Assembly: GCF_018977255.1 (NCBI RefSeq)
Contig: NW_024704743.1
Span: 30,070,001 to 30,134,000, forward strand
DNA length: 64,000 bases
Source: Callorhinchus milii
Taxonomy: Eukaryota
Direction of reading: 5' to 3'
Part shown: positions 25,572-37,932 of the stretch, in pieces
How positions within the stretch are numbered: position 1 is the stretch's first letter
How the letters are laid out: the number at the start of each line of letters is the position of its first letter
Translations under genes and position numbers: made by a program
Notes under the pieces: model-generated
Databases searched by the model: none
The model's input: the letters and a program-made list of their open reading frames with translations, nothing else
Told to the model about the DNA's origin: nothing

Positions 25572-26457
25572 TATCTGGTTCTGTATCATCTACTGGGGGG
25601 ATTTGGAAATTAGCAGAAGTATAAGATAGGTCTGGAGCAGCCAGTCCCTGTTACCATAGCATCAGATTCTCTGGTTGTCACCTGGAATGAATCACAGTAA
25701 CTTCCCATTTCATAAAGTGTAGTTTCACATTATACGCATCTCCCTGGACTAGTACGTTCAGCAGTTTGCAACAACGGGATAATTCGCCTGCAATTAGAGC
25801 TTTTAGTTTTTATTGCCTTTTATAAACCCAGCCTGTTAGTAATCGTAAACATTTCATGTTAATTATAGAGATGCTGTAAGTCACCCTTTGGTCAATGTGT
25901 TCAGCTACAGTTTGGGAGGAGTAACAGTAATTAAAACAGTTGTAATGCTCTTTCAAGTAAACCTTCATTCATTTTAATAAAATCTATATTTTAATTACAT
26001 TGCTAAATGCAGAATTACCAGTTATTTTTGTCTAAATCTTAGTTTGTCATTGAGAATTCAAAATGGAAAGGATTTGCTTTAACACTCGATGAGTCTTCTG
26101 TGAAATGTTATCAAAGCTGAAACATCAAAACCTTATCTTTCATCTACTAAGACATGAAATTTTGCCAGTCTAAAAATTCTGACTGAGCCTTTTACATCTC
26201 ATTTGATTGAACCCGCATCTCGTGAAGGCATTCATTAACTAGTTTTGACAGAATGCCATGAGGTGGTCTTCTGGAGATTTGGAAACCATTAGCATATTAA
26301 TTCTTCTGGGTGTGACACATTCCAGATGTATGCATCCTCACTTATTGATTGAAAAGGTGGAATAATGTCAAGTATTTAACGAGGAAGAAAGCTGAAAAAA
26401 ATGTTTTTCCAATCTGAGAAAGATGGGGCATGGTCCGGGCAGGATGGCGAGTGAAAT

Positions 26458-26977
26458 TGATGGAATATACTTCTGTGTACAGTTCTGGTCCCCATATTAT
26501 AGAAAGGATATTGAGGCACTGGAGAAGGTGCAAAGGAGATTTACAAGGATGATACCGGAACTGCAAGGTTATACCTATCAGAAAAAGCTAAACAAGCTTT
26601 TACTCTTTTCTCTTGAAAAGTGAGGGGTGACCTAATAGAGGTGTTCAAAATTATGAAAGTTTTTGATAGGGTAGACATAGAGAAGATGTTTTTAGTGGAG
26701 GAGACCAAAACCAGGGGCCATCGATATAAAATAGTCCCAAATAGATCAAATAGGGAAGTTAGAAGAAACTTGTTTACCCAGAGAGTGGTGGGAATGTGGA
26801 ACTTGGAGTGGAACTTGAAAGCTAGATAGGTACAGGAGGGAGAAAGGAATAGAAGGTTACACTTGAAGGCTTAGTTGAGAAAGGGCAGGAGGAGGCTCAT
26901 GTGGAGCATAAACTCCGGCATAGACCAGTTGGGCCGAATGGCCTGTTTCTGTACTGTATATTCCATGTAATTCTATG
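26458..26977 (+). mobile_element. CR1-clade LINE 3' fragment
   Basis: CVQFWSPYYRKDIEALEKVQRRFTRMIPEL...RGDLIEVFKIMK...TRGHRYK...FTQRVVGMWN is the CR1 ORF2 end. Tail gggccgaatggcctgtttctgt...attctatg. Older CR1 pieces at about 7820-8070(-), 27545-27890(-), 30060-30425(+), 42160-42500(+), 50660-50960(-), 55400-55555(+) and 60880-61070(-). Confidence 0.92.
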
Positions 26978-27905
26978 AATATTTAAATTTGTCTCAGATT
27001 TTAAAAATTCAAGGTTATATTGAATCCTGTTCTGAAAGTCAAGAGGTCCCATTTTTGGAGGAGAAACTGCAACAAGTGTTTATTTAGATTTTCACAGCAA
27101 ACATCGAAAAGCATGAACTGTTAGTTTTCATCCTGCAGTAATTATGAAACATTACAAATTCAGGCTGTTCACAATATAGATACATTTTTTTTCCCTACAT
27201 GAATCATTTTAACATTTTCCCTCCTCGTTTTGTAGACTTCAGATGTTACTGAACCACCCTAACTGCACTATCTCGGTGTCCCTCAGACTCTTAAACAAAA
27301 GCATGGAATGGGAAAAGGACATTTAGCCCACTTGCTCCTTCTATGAACTACGTTCAATTTACCATACGATCTACATGGACTAATTTCATCTCTTGATGGA
27401 GGTTTTGCATCCACAGTGGCCATTCACAGCTCTTGATTGTCATATATTCTCCAGCCCCTGGTGAATCACCCCATGCAGAGCAAGATCGGAAATAAAAACT
27501 TGACCATAATGTTTATTTTGACATAATCTGCTGTTTTACAGATTCATTGAAAGTTTGTAGCACTGAAGGCTATTTGGCTCATTATATCTGTGCAGGTGTA
27601 ACTTCGCTAATGGAGCTCTCTAATACTATGCTCCTCTGTTCCTAAAATATTATTTGTCCTCAATGTTTATTCAATTGCCTTTTAAATGCTGTTATGGACT
27701 CGATTTCAGTAACTGTTTCTTAAAATTTAACACACTGCATAATTTACCTTTGTATTTATCTGTATAAGAAATGTCTTCTTCTGGTGATAATCCTCAATTG
27801 AACCCTCTTGTTACTGATGGTGAAATCAGTGGAAATTATCTGTATTTCCCTTATCGCCACCATTCATTATTTTGAAAACCTTTGTCTTGTGTTTGTTTTC
27901 TACAG

Positions 27906-28031
27906 GATGGTGATCATATGAATGGAACATTAGCCTTGACCAAAACAGCAGAAAGAATACCTAGCTCTTCAGAGACTGACAGCAAAGAAACCATCCCAGT
28001 AACGAGTGAACATGCTGTCATGGCTCAGTGA
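27906..28031 (+). CDS. DCDC2: DCDC2 probable terminal coding exon (41 aa + stop)
   Basis: Strong acceptor tttgtcttgtgtttgttttctacag|, phase 0. Encodes DGDHMNGTLALTKTAERIPSSSETDSKETIPVTSEHAVMAQ*. Starts with D and ends HAVMAQ*, loosely like the recalled human end YAAVA*. Similarity is weak. Confidence 0.65.
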   Translation, partial: DGDHMNGTLALTKTAERIPSSSETDSKETIPVTSEHAVMAQ

Positions 28032-31000
28032 GTCCACAAGGCATTAGAAGATATAAAAAAATGTCAGCACAATTTGTTATGTCCGTTTTTTTTATTTTTA
28101 CCTTCTTAATCCCTGACTTTTTCACTGCTTTGCTGCTTCCACAGTTGGAATTGTGAACTGTTCTGGCTGGAACCTTCTCGATGACTGCCAATGTCATTCT
28201 GTGGTTGGTCATGGGCGAGGCAAGTGGTGGGGTTGGGGGAGAGAGAGGATTGGTTTGCAGTTAGATAGAATGCCCTTGCACCACTGTGGACTCAGCAAGA
28301 ACTTTGCCAAATCATATAAATTTAAATTTCCAGCAGTGGCAACAAGTGACTGATCCTGTGTCTCTGTCACTCACTGCTGCCTCTGACTTTGATATCTATT
28401 ATATCTACCAGAGTCTCATTGAACGTTTGTAGATCTTAACAGTAGCATTGGCAATCGGGTGTGGAAGGTGGGCATCAATGTGGCATTGTGTTGCAAGATG
28501 AGGTCATGTATTGTTTTGTTCTGTTCAGCTTCAACACTGGCTGTCCGTAGCTCAAATTTAGACTGTTGACATTGTTTTAGTAACCAGCATCTCAGCTTCA
28601 GGCAGAAGGATTCTGTTCCTCTTACGATGCCAGACTTCCAATAAACACTTGCTGAAAAATGTGCTTAAAGCTCAGAAGACCTGAAATGCTGGTGAGAAAG
28701 ATTTAGCGCAGAAAGCATTGACTGATCTGTTAAACCGTTAAACTCAAAATTAAACTGACCGTTTCTTGTCTACATCCAAAATTGTCAACTATTCATTGGA
28801 GATAAGCTGACGATTTTTGACATGTTTCATATTGATTGCCGAGTTGATCCTTATCCCCTTCAGCCAGCCTCAGTTGGTGGGAATCACAGTGAATGAGGAC
28901 GATATCAATGCCTACTGGTGCAGCTTTACCTATATTAAGCAGCTTGGCTAAAAACTGTTATGGAGAGAAAATAAACGTTAAAAAAATTGAAACAAATCTG
29001 GTATAGGTATATCAAATGCAAGGATTATTATTATATAAAACAATTGCTGAAAGGGGTATCTGGGTAATATTTTACTGAGTGTAACATGATTTGATACTCA
29101 GATAAACCTCAACACAAAATAGAAATACAGCATATTGCAGCTGTATCTATACTATTAAAGTCAGGATGAAAAACATTTAATCAACTACTGACCAATAACA
29201 GTTCTCCTTTCATATGTTTGGATCCTTGCAGTCAATCACTTTTATCTCTAATGCCTCACCTACTACCCTTTGAATAATACATCCTAGAATTACTCTAGAA
29301 ATCCCGAAGGCATGGCCACATGCAGTTTGGTTAGGGTTGGTGCAATAACAAACCGTGGAGGGGTGGGGAGAGCACTGAAAGTAAGTGTATTAGAGTAAGG
29401 TAGAGGGCACAGTTAGTCAGACAGTTTCAGTGCTTTTAGGGTAACAGGAAGACCAGAAATTGAAAGGTCTTGGAGAAGGAACAATTTGTGTTTGAAATGT
29501 TGAATGGATGTTTCTCTTTGTAAGTAATGTTAAATTTTCTCCACCTTTTGCTTGTCATCTCCCCACGTTACACACCAAGCCGTGACTGAGAAGGCTAGCT
29601 GGCACCAACTCCCAGTTTTGCTGGTGCTATTGTGTTACCAACTGCTAAGAAGTGAAAGAGAATGACCCCAATCGTTTAATCTTATTTGCAGCAATGATTG
29701 CCACCTCTTCCCCCAGTGGAACAAATAAGAAGGATAAGGCTTATCTATTGGATTCAGCTGTCATGAAGAAAGATAATACTGGATTGTTTACTCCCTATTT
29801 CATGTTGTTAATGGTTGCTCAAATTAATAATTGATCACTAGCAGCACAGAAAGATAGTTTATGCAAATGATATAATGATCTGAGTTGTAAATTAACACTC
29901 TTACATCTGGTCTATCAGGTCAACCAAATTCTGTATTGTTTTGTAGATTATTCATTAGCGCATGAACACAGGCATGCTCTTCATGTTTATTACAGGACTT
30001 TCACTGATCAGCAAAGATGTAGAGCAAATCTAATCTTTTTGCAAAGTGTAGTGCTCCCTGATTATAATCTAGATATTTATTTAAGATACAGTTCTCCCCA
30101 CTATGTTGATAAAATATTCCTATTGGCCAGTGAATTGGTAACGAGATCTAGGGCATACATTTGTGATGATTACCCAAAACATCTCAAACAGAGTTTAGGA
30201 GAATTGTTTTACACAGAGAATTTTTAGGACATAGAATACCATAGTGGTTGAATCATAATCCATAATAGCTTTCAAAACTGAATTAAACAAATATTTGAAA
30301 AGGAAAAATAAATAAGGCTATGGGAAAGCCAGGAAAGCGGGACTGAACAGATAGCTCCTTCAGCGACCTGACACAGACATCACGTTCTGAAAACAATGTT
30401 CTGTCCAGAAAATTAATTATTCTATTCCATAACTTTTTTAACCTGGGTGCCAACTAGAGAAAACACTCATGGAAGGTATGAAGATAACAAACCAGAACTT
30501 CAAGCTGAAGAAAAATCAATGCCTTTTATGTTGTTCTGTTTCAATCATTAGTGGAATAGGAACAAATGACTTAATATAGTATACTGTGAAGGACCACACT
30601 ACAAGAGGATTGGCCTGTTCTTCATTAAGTGGGATATGTAGCACATGAACGTGTATGAAAGACAATGGACAAAGTAGTGAACATGTTGTGTTTGTTTCTC
30701 ATCTCTGTTAGAATTGAAACATCACAGTAACAGGAACCTTGTTGTTAGTGGAGAGATTCTGCAGACTGTAAAGCAACAGCTTTGTTCTCTTCATGTTAAA
30801 ACCAAAGCTCTCTTACTTGAGGTCAACCAATCAGGGGAGGTTTTTTTGTACACCGTGGACTTGCGCTCCACCTAGAACTTCCATTGACTCACTCGCTCCA
30901 ATAGATAAGACACTTCTGAAGTAAGTGTATTCAGGGATATGGAGAAATGGGAATAAAAGATCTGCCATAATTGCAAACATTGAACAGGCCTGGCAGGCTG

Positions 31001-31840
31001 AATAGCCCCCTGTTCCTATGTCCTTATGTTCTCTTATAATTTTTCTTCTGTTCCCTCACTATAAAGGTTTGATCTTCTACATGTGCCAGACATCTGCTGG
31101 TACTTTGTTCAGGTAGTCAATGTTCTTGCATCAGCCTGGACAGTGTGAGTATTAGCAGACTATTCAACCGTTGGGGATGGAGAGATGCAGATTTGCAGTG
31201 GAAATAGTTTCTCCCTATTTACCTTATCAAAGTTGGGGGGGAAATGTATTTTCAGTAAAGTTCTGGGAGTCAGGGAGCATTACACTTTCCAGAAGAATAT
31301 ATTAATTGTATTACCAGTGAAATCTCTGCAATAAGCACGCAGTAGTTTTATTTAACACCCATCACTGGACTTAAACTAAGTCAAAATCATCCTCGACTTT
31401 ACATTTTAGATTACTATACCATTTAGCCCTATTCTGCATGATGGTTGTGTTTTCACAAGCTCTTAAGTTATTGAGTCACACCAGTAAATATATATGTTGA
31501 GTATTGCCTATCCGCTTGTGTTCCAGAGGGGGTTGAAACCTAACCATACAAGGAATGGTAACACACTATCATTGTCCTGTATCCTGTGTTTCTTATATAC
31601 CCTTAGTTAGGATCTTGGTAGTTTTTAATTCCCACGGTCAATATGTAAATGTTTGTTGGCTGCAAAACGATGGAGGAACTTGGTGTAGGATGTTTTGATA
31701 ATTCAATGCTTGTTATTTGTAAGAACTGTTTTTTTGTCTTGGCACACATTGTGGGCGTTAAGTTACATACAGCATATACTTTAGCATCAAAGCAGACTTT
31801 CGTCATATTTATCTTTCAAAGCCTGTAAAAAGCAGTAGCT

Positions 31841-31846
31841 TTTATT
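31841..31846 (-). terminator. Candidate poly(A) signal of NRSN1
   Basis: Minus-strand AATAAA about 1 kb downstream of the stop codon. An alternative is at 32453-32458. Confidence 0.4.
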
Positions 31847-31974
31847 AACACATGAATGTAGCATTAGATCAACTTTGATTTTAGTCTGTATGTAAACTAT
31901 AATTTTGTATCATTACTTCAATATTATCAGTATTTTGTTGACCTCTAATGTACTTTTTTATATTTCATTTATGT

Positions 31975-31986
31975 ATTAAAAATAAA
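31975..31986 (+). terminator. Candidate distal poly(A) signal of DCDC2
   Basis: ATTAAA directly followed by AATAAA, with several upstream TGTA motifs and a downstream GT/T-rich tract. A more proximal AATAAA is at 28640-28645. Confidence 0.45.
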
Positions 31987-32827
31987 GTGACTTATCGTTG
32001 TTTAGTGAGTTTTTGTGAGCCGAATCATGGAGTCTAAAACAGATTTGTTAGTGAAAGTGAAATGGGGATTCTAGATGGTGCAGTGGGTTAAGGGTCCTTG
32101 CAACAATAACAACAGCAGCTTGCATTTATATAGTACCCCTCATGCGATAGTGTCCCAGAGAGCTTTTCACAATGGACAACATGGTACAATATGGTATCAA
32201 AGTAGTGAACAGGTTGTGTTTGTTTCTTGTCTCTTTGCTGATAACCCGGTACACCACTCAGTCTGGTGTTACACTTTCATTGTCACTGAAGGAAATGATA
32301 TTAAATGTGTTTAATTCTACATTGCTGACAGTGTCTGTGAAAGCAAATGCTATGCCAAAAGGATCGCTAGATAGAGCATGTAACTTTTGAGCAACAGGGA
32401 GAAAGAAGAGAAAATGCTGGTAACAAGTTCAGCTTTGCCATCACTTTCAGACTTTATTTAATCCATTTCAAATACTGTACATCCAAAAGCCATTTCACAT
32501 CAGAATCGGACAAAAAAAAACATTTGCAAATCAGAGCTCTGGAAACACTGCATCTGGATTCTGTTGCTAATTGTTTTGTTGGTGTGCAACAAATGTGCCT
32601 GTCCACTTTATAAGGCGACTGACTGTGATATGACACGTACATTTGTACATCACTGAAGATTCTTATATGATTCACTTATTGGATGAAGCATGATTCTTAA
32701 GTTGAGCACTTGAGCTATGTGGTGGTGTCTATATTTGAACCTCTATAAAAATATGATAACCATTTAAAAAGATTTGTTCATAAATAGCTAATTTACAATG
32801 GCCTATATGATATCTACCATTTAGATT

Positions 32828-33226
32828 TTAGGATTGAGACGAGGGCTGCACATTCTGAACTTTGGATAAAGTGATGGGAATTCTACCTTGTCCTGGAGTT
32901 GGTGCTTTAGTGACTGGCTGCATGGATATGTGAGCTTCCGCTATTCTTTCTTTAAATTTCTGCTGAAGGTATTTTTCTTCCTTTGAGTAGCTTGCGGCAA
33001 ATGCAGACAGCAAGAGACAAGTGGCCATTATCATTCCACCGATGCAAAAGAGGATGGCACCTGCCAACTTACAGATGACAAGTGCCCCATTGAACTGGAC
33101 TGCACGACCATCCACTACCAGAAAATCCTCCTCTCCAAACGCTTCAATTTTGGGTGGCACGAGATAGCCAGTCGCGATCACTGCCATACCTATGAGGAGG
33201 ATGATAGTCCCAGACACAAGTCCGAC
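32828..33226 (-). CDS. NRSN1: Neurensin-1 last coding exon (132 aa + stop; two hydrophobic TM-like segments)
   Basis: Acceptor ttttgttttaaag|. Encodes VGLVSGT...LVPPKIEAFGE...SYSKEEKYLQQKFKERIA...VQNVQPSSQS*. The spliced protein is 195 aa and collinear with recalled human NRSN1. Confidence 0.96.
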   Translation of the reverse strand, partial: VGLVSGTIILLIGMAVIATGYLVPPKIEAFGEEDFLVVDGRAVQFNGALVICKLAGAILFCIGGMIMATCLLLSAFAASYSKEEKYLQQKFKERIAEAHISMQPVTKAPTPGQGRIPITLSKVQNVQPSSQS

Positions 33227-33804
33227 CTTTAAAACAAAATATAGCACTGGCATAACTTTACATGTAGTTTAGCAGTGATTTATACTTCGTACAATGTAAA
33301 ACATCAATACACCAAAACAGCTTAGTTATAACCTTTCCAGAAATATTTCCTCTTGGAGATAGTACAAAACTCCAGCGTTAAAATTGTCATACTCTGCAGT
33401 AATCATTTTTAGACAGGCTAAGAAGGGCAGGATTAATCTTTTATCGCTACAAGGTCTCTGTATTCATGAGACAATGTTAATTTGCATCTTTATTGGTTAA
33501 TGCATGAATGTTAATGAAAGTTGTGATGCCTTGTGATCACCCAGAGACTTTTGGAAATTAATCATGTCTTACACCTTCTACAAAGTAACACTTCAGTTTC
33601 CCAAAGCATTACCCAAGTTCTAACCTTGGTTCGTTAATTATGGATTTTGCCCATCAATATTATTAAAATTCTGTTGCAGTTTAACCTCCATTGGAATATT
33701 GGCTGGTTAGTCAGAACCCCCTCACAGTGGTTATTCAAGTTGTTTATTGTTAAATGATTTCTCATAGATAATCGAGTCTTTCTGTCCCTTTGGCATTTTA
33801 TGCA

Positions 33805-34392
33805 AAAACCCACACGCAACACAGCCGAAACCCTAATCCATGCTTTTGTCATGTCCAGCCTCGACTATTCAAATGCCCTCCTTACCGGTCTCTCCAGCTC
33901 CACTTTCCACAAAATCCTACTGCTTCAAAACTCTGCCCCTCCGCGTACTGACCCTCGCTAAACTCCGTATCCCTATCATACCAGTCCTCGCCAGGCTCCA
34001 CTGGTTCCCTATTACAGAACGATCGACTTCAAGATCCTCAAACTTATCTAAAAATTCCTTCACTTCCCAGCACCTCCCTACCTTTCCGACTTGCCTACTT
34101 CCCAGTCCAACACCCGCCACCTCCAGCCTCCTACATATTCCTTATGCCCTCTGTTCCCCCATCAGCGGCCATGCTTTCAGCCACTACGCCCTGAAACGCT
34201 GGATTGAGGGAAACTCTCCCTCAATCCGTCTGCCTTGCACATTTTCAGATCACGCATTAAGATCTTTCTCTTTGACTGTGCCTATGGTCACATTCCCCCT
34301 CTCCTCGGCTCAGCGTCAGGCTCCGCCATTGTTTAGCATTCTGAAATGATACCCTGTGTGAAAGGTGCTATAGAAAAATGCAAGTTGTTGTA
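33805..34392 (+). mobile_element. L2-clade LINE 3' fragment in NRSN1 intron
   Basis: Same L2 motifs ([10 protein letters not shown]) with multiple frameshifts and the L2 tail. Confidence 0.85.
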
Positions 34393-34958
34393 TGTTGTTT
34401 TGAATTGGGCAATAAAGGATAACTCCTGCTATTGGATTTGTCATGCTAATGAATAATTTCACACTAAGATCCACATTTTAATATGGTGGTGCTAAAATAT
34501 CTCATATTCGAATACTTTAGACCCTAAAGTTTAGGGGACCTTGAGTTTCTTATTAGCTGTGTGGACAATAGTCATTTCAGCAAAGAAGGAACTTTACCAC
34601 ACCTTGATGTCTGTTGTCTAAATAAGGCAATTACGTAAGTTTTTTGTTTATTTACCACCCAACTGCTAGAGTCAAATATCCTTGCCAAGTTGACAACTCA
34701 GAGTCAACGCTTGCACATAAATACTTGTCACTTAGAAGAGGCAGTAAAAGGAAAATGAAGGAGTCAAAATAATAATAATAATAGTTTCATTTGATATAAC
34801 GCCTTATTACGTCTTGGAGACGTCTCAAAGCGTTTCACAGAATATACTGTAAAGTGAATTGTCTGTATATTTTGTGGGCGAAATGCCTTCAGACAAGAAA
34901 AAAATGGCAAATAAAATGTTTTCATAAAAGGCATGTATTGGGGAGCATCTAGCCATAC

Positions 34959-35147
34959 CTTCCAGAGAACAGAGCTCCACCTGCTTGGGGATCTCTTGAT
35001 CTGAAAATCGTCTTCATGTTCCCATATAGATGCAGTGCAATCTTCGTAAAACTGATGCAGATATGATCGGACTCCATAGCGCTGGTGTACTCCATCTGCT
35101 GGGTAATTCAAATTCTGTGACCGGCAGATCTCAGTACACAAACTCAT
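34959..35147 (-). CDS. NRSN1: Neurensin-1 first coding exon (63 aa)
   Basis: MSLCTEIC...QRYGVRSYLHQFYEDCTASIWEHEDDFQIKRSPSRWSSVLWK carries the neurensin signature. Donor aag|gtatgg. Confidence 0.96.
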
Positions 35148-35272
35148 TGTTTACAACTGCATTCCGAACTGCAAGACACAAGGGATTGAATTTGGTCAAC
35201 AGGCAGACTCAAAATGGTCATTCACAAATGCTCCTCCCATATGCAGTCACATACTAATTGGTTTGGCTATTT

Positions 35273-35594
35273 GGAGTCCTGTAGCTCAGTGGTTAGAGCA
35301 CTCGCTTTGCAAGCGAGAGACCTGAGTTCAATTCCAGGCAGGGCGAAACCTTGGGCAAGTTTCCTTACTCCACACAGAGCCTAATAATAATCCCTCCAAA
35401 ACCCAAAACAATAATAAGTTGGTCATTTTCAATCTACGACTGTTTGTGGGACATTGCTGTGCGCAATTGGCTGCCGCGTTCGCCCACAAATATACAGTCA
35501 ATTCACTTTACAGTGTGTTCTGTGAAGCGCTTTGGGACGTCCTCCTGACGTGAAAAGCGCTATATCAAATGCAAAGATTATTATTATTATTATT
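35273..35594 (+). mobile_element. Young short-form SINE family B in NRSN1 intron
   Basis: Intact tRNA-like head, retained CpGs and (TTA)n tail. The 3' half is nearly identical to 24196-24401 and to the reverse complement of 57589-57790. Confidence 0.9.
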
Positions 35595-37522
35595 TCTACA
35601 GTTTGTTGCAAACGTATCAAGATAAACTCCTCACTATAGTTGCTAATTAAAACATGCTTTTTAAAACAAAGCAAAAGGATTTGTTCCTCCTGCAAATGCG
35701 GCTGCTCAAATGGCTGCACAATTGTAGGGGTGGGGAGAATTAGAGTAAGTGTAGCATAATTGTTTTCATTATGCATTGAGTACTTTGATGACTCAAGTTA
35801 ATTTGGCATTGAGAAGCACATTGATTTCTAAATAAATAATTATTTGTTTTAACGCTGCCTCTTAACTATTTAATTTATACCTGCAGGAAATGATCAAGAT
35901 AGTGATCCTAGCAACCAACGGTCATAGAAGACACAGTGATTCATCATTACATAATAGGTTTACTGACAAACATTGCCAGATATTGCTTGAGAGCAATAAA
36001 GAACTAGGACGTATGGTACTTTATGTAAAGTAAATCTTATTTAATCCAGAACATGTACCAAAAACAGAAAACAAAGGTGTTAATTCTCTGTTAGATTAGT
36101 TAGAAACACACATAAGGAATTGCAATATGAGCCTTAACTCCAGTGAATGTTAACTTTGAAGGAAAAGGCTTATTACATTTCCTTGTTATTTGCTTTGTGC
36201 TGGAAATGATACTTTGTTTATTATGTGGATAAACAGCAAATTGAATTCTCAACCCAATGCGATCCAAGCTCATAGGAAGTAAGGAATGTACATGACTGGA
36301 TAAATCCATTGGCTGATCCTCACGTGAGGGAAAAAGTATCTATGTACTCAATTTAATTCTTTACCTAATAGCTATTTTGTAAAATAAACAAAGAGCGGTG
36401 CACGCACAAAGGCATATTCTGCATTTATTTCACTGAGTGGGTACAACTTTAGAAATGAGAATATGTCACGGGCCAAAGGAAATGTCTTTTTGAAAAGATT
36501 TTATAACTCCATTCTGATGCCTTTCATGATCACGATTGAGAGTTTGCATATAATTGGGATGTACGATGTAGTTCTATGAGGGGGAACTACTTCTGGACTC
36601 AAAGGATCCCTACTTCAAAAGTAGATTGTGTTGGAGAGTGCACCTACAATGTGGCAATAATGGACTTCCTGATTAATTAAGACGTTCCATTTGAAACATT
36701 TTAGACCCAACTGTGAAGTTATGTGCTCTTGGGCTACGTTCACTACCCAAGTTGAGTCTCACTGAGTTGAGACTGCCCAAATACCTTTCACACAGAGCCC
36801 TCAAAGGCAGAGACCTCCATCCCATTAGACGAGGCCGCATTCAAGACTTGATCCCTAACCCTGGAGGCAGCAGCTGAACTCGGGTATTGCATGTGAGTCC
36901 AGACAAAATAGAAGGACCCATCTCCTAGTTAAACTGATTTTTATTCACGTTCTTTTTAAAACGTATGTCACATAAAAATGATCTGCTAAAGTTCATTACT
37001 GAAGAATCACTTTAAGAAGCAAGTAAATTCAATTAAAGAATGGAAGAACTTGATTTTTTCTGTACTTTATCTCATTAAAACGTCTTTCTAGTAATTGCTG
37101 CAGTTTCTTGTGACTATTTTTTTGTAGGAAAACATGGCAGCCGTGAGGTGGTTGTTCAGTTAAGCTGGAAATTTGTGGGTGTGGACATGAGGACAAATTT
37201 GTTTCTCCCTTTCAAATAGTGTCATACAACTTTAATGTCCACCTGAAAAACAGACAGACAGACCCTCAGTTTTAATGGGCATCTTTTTTGAAGATAGCAC
37301 CTTTTACAAAAAAAACTGTCACTCAATCCACCACTGTTTGTGCGACACTGTAAAGTGCAATTGGCTGCCGCGTTTCACCCACAAAATATACAGTCAATTC
37401 ACTTTACAGTATATTCTATGAAGTGCTTTGAGATGTCTCAAAGACATGATAGGCACTATATCAAATGCAAGGATTATTAATAGTATTATTATGAAAAGGT
37501 ACCAGAAGGGTGTGGGGTTACT

Positions 37523-37932
37523 ATGTCAGCCGGGCTCAATTGGCAAAACTCTCACCTCTAGGCTGTGCATTCAGGCCTCATGTCCAGCTTTTTAACTCAC
37601 ACAAACCAGGCTGACACACCAATACATTGCTAGGTGTATGCTGGAGGTGCTTTCCTTTGAATGAGGCTTCAAACCAAGGGTCCTGTCTTCCTGTATAGGT
37701 GGAAGTTAAAGTTGCCATGGCATTAGGTAAAAGGAGAGTTTCTCCTGATGTCCAAGCCAACAATCCCCCAAATAAAATTGATCATTCACTTCATGGCTGT
37801 GTAACGAACATGGCTGTGTGCAATTTGGCTGCCACATTTACCTAAAAATGCATAGTCACTACACTTTAGGTAAATCCTTTAAAGCCTTTGAGATGTCCTT
37901 ATGAGAAATGCAAGGATTATTAATATTATTAT
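37523..37932 (+). mobile_element. SINE family A copy
   Basis: Head atgtcagccgggctcaattggc, Deu-like block and tail aaatgcaaggattatt. Confidence 0.7.

Noticed and set aside
33227-33253. N-terminal extension MPVLYFVLK of the 141-aa ORF
   Set aside because: It is intronic acceptor sequence. Homology and the AG place the exon start at 33226.
35275-35346. tRNA-Ala(TGC)-like cloverleaf (also 8217, 22100-22187, 23543)
   Set aside because: Each continues into SINE-specific sequence, has no pol III terminator and has stem mismatches. These are SINE heads, not tRNA genes.
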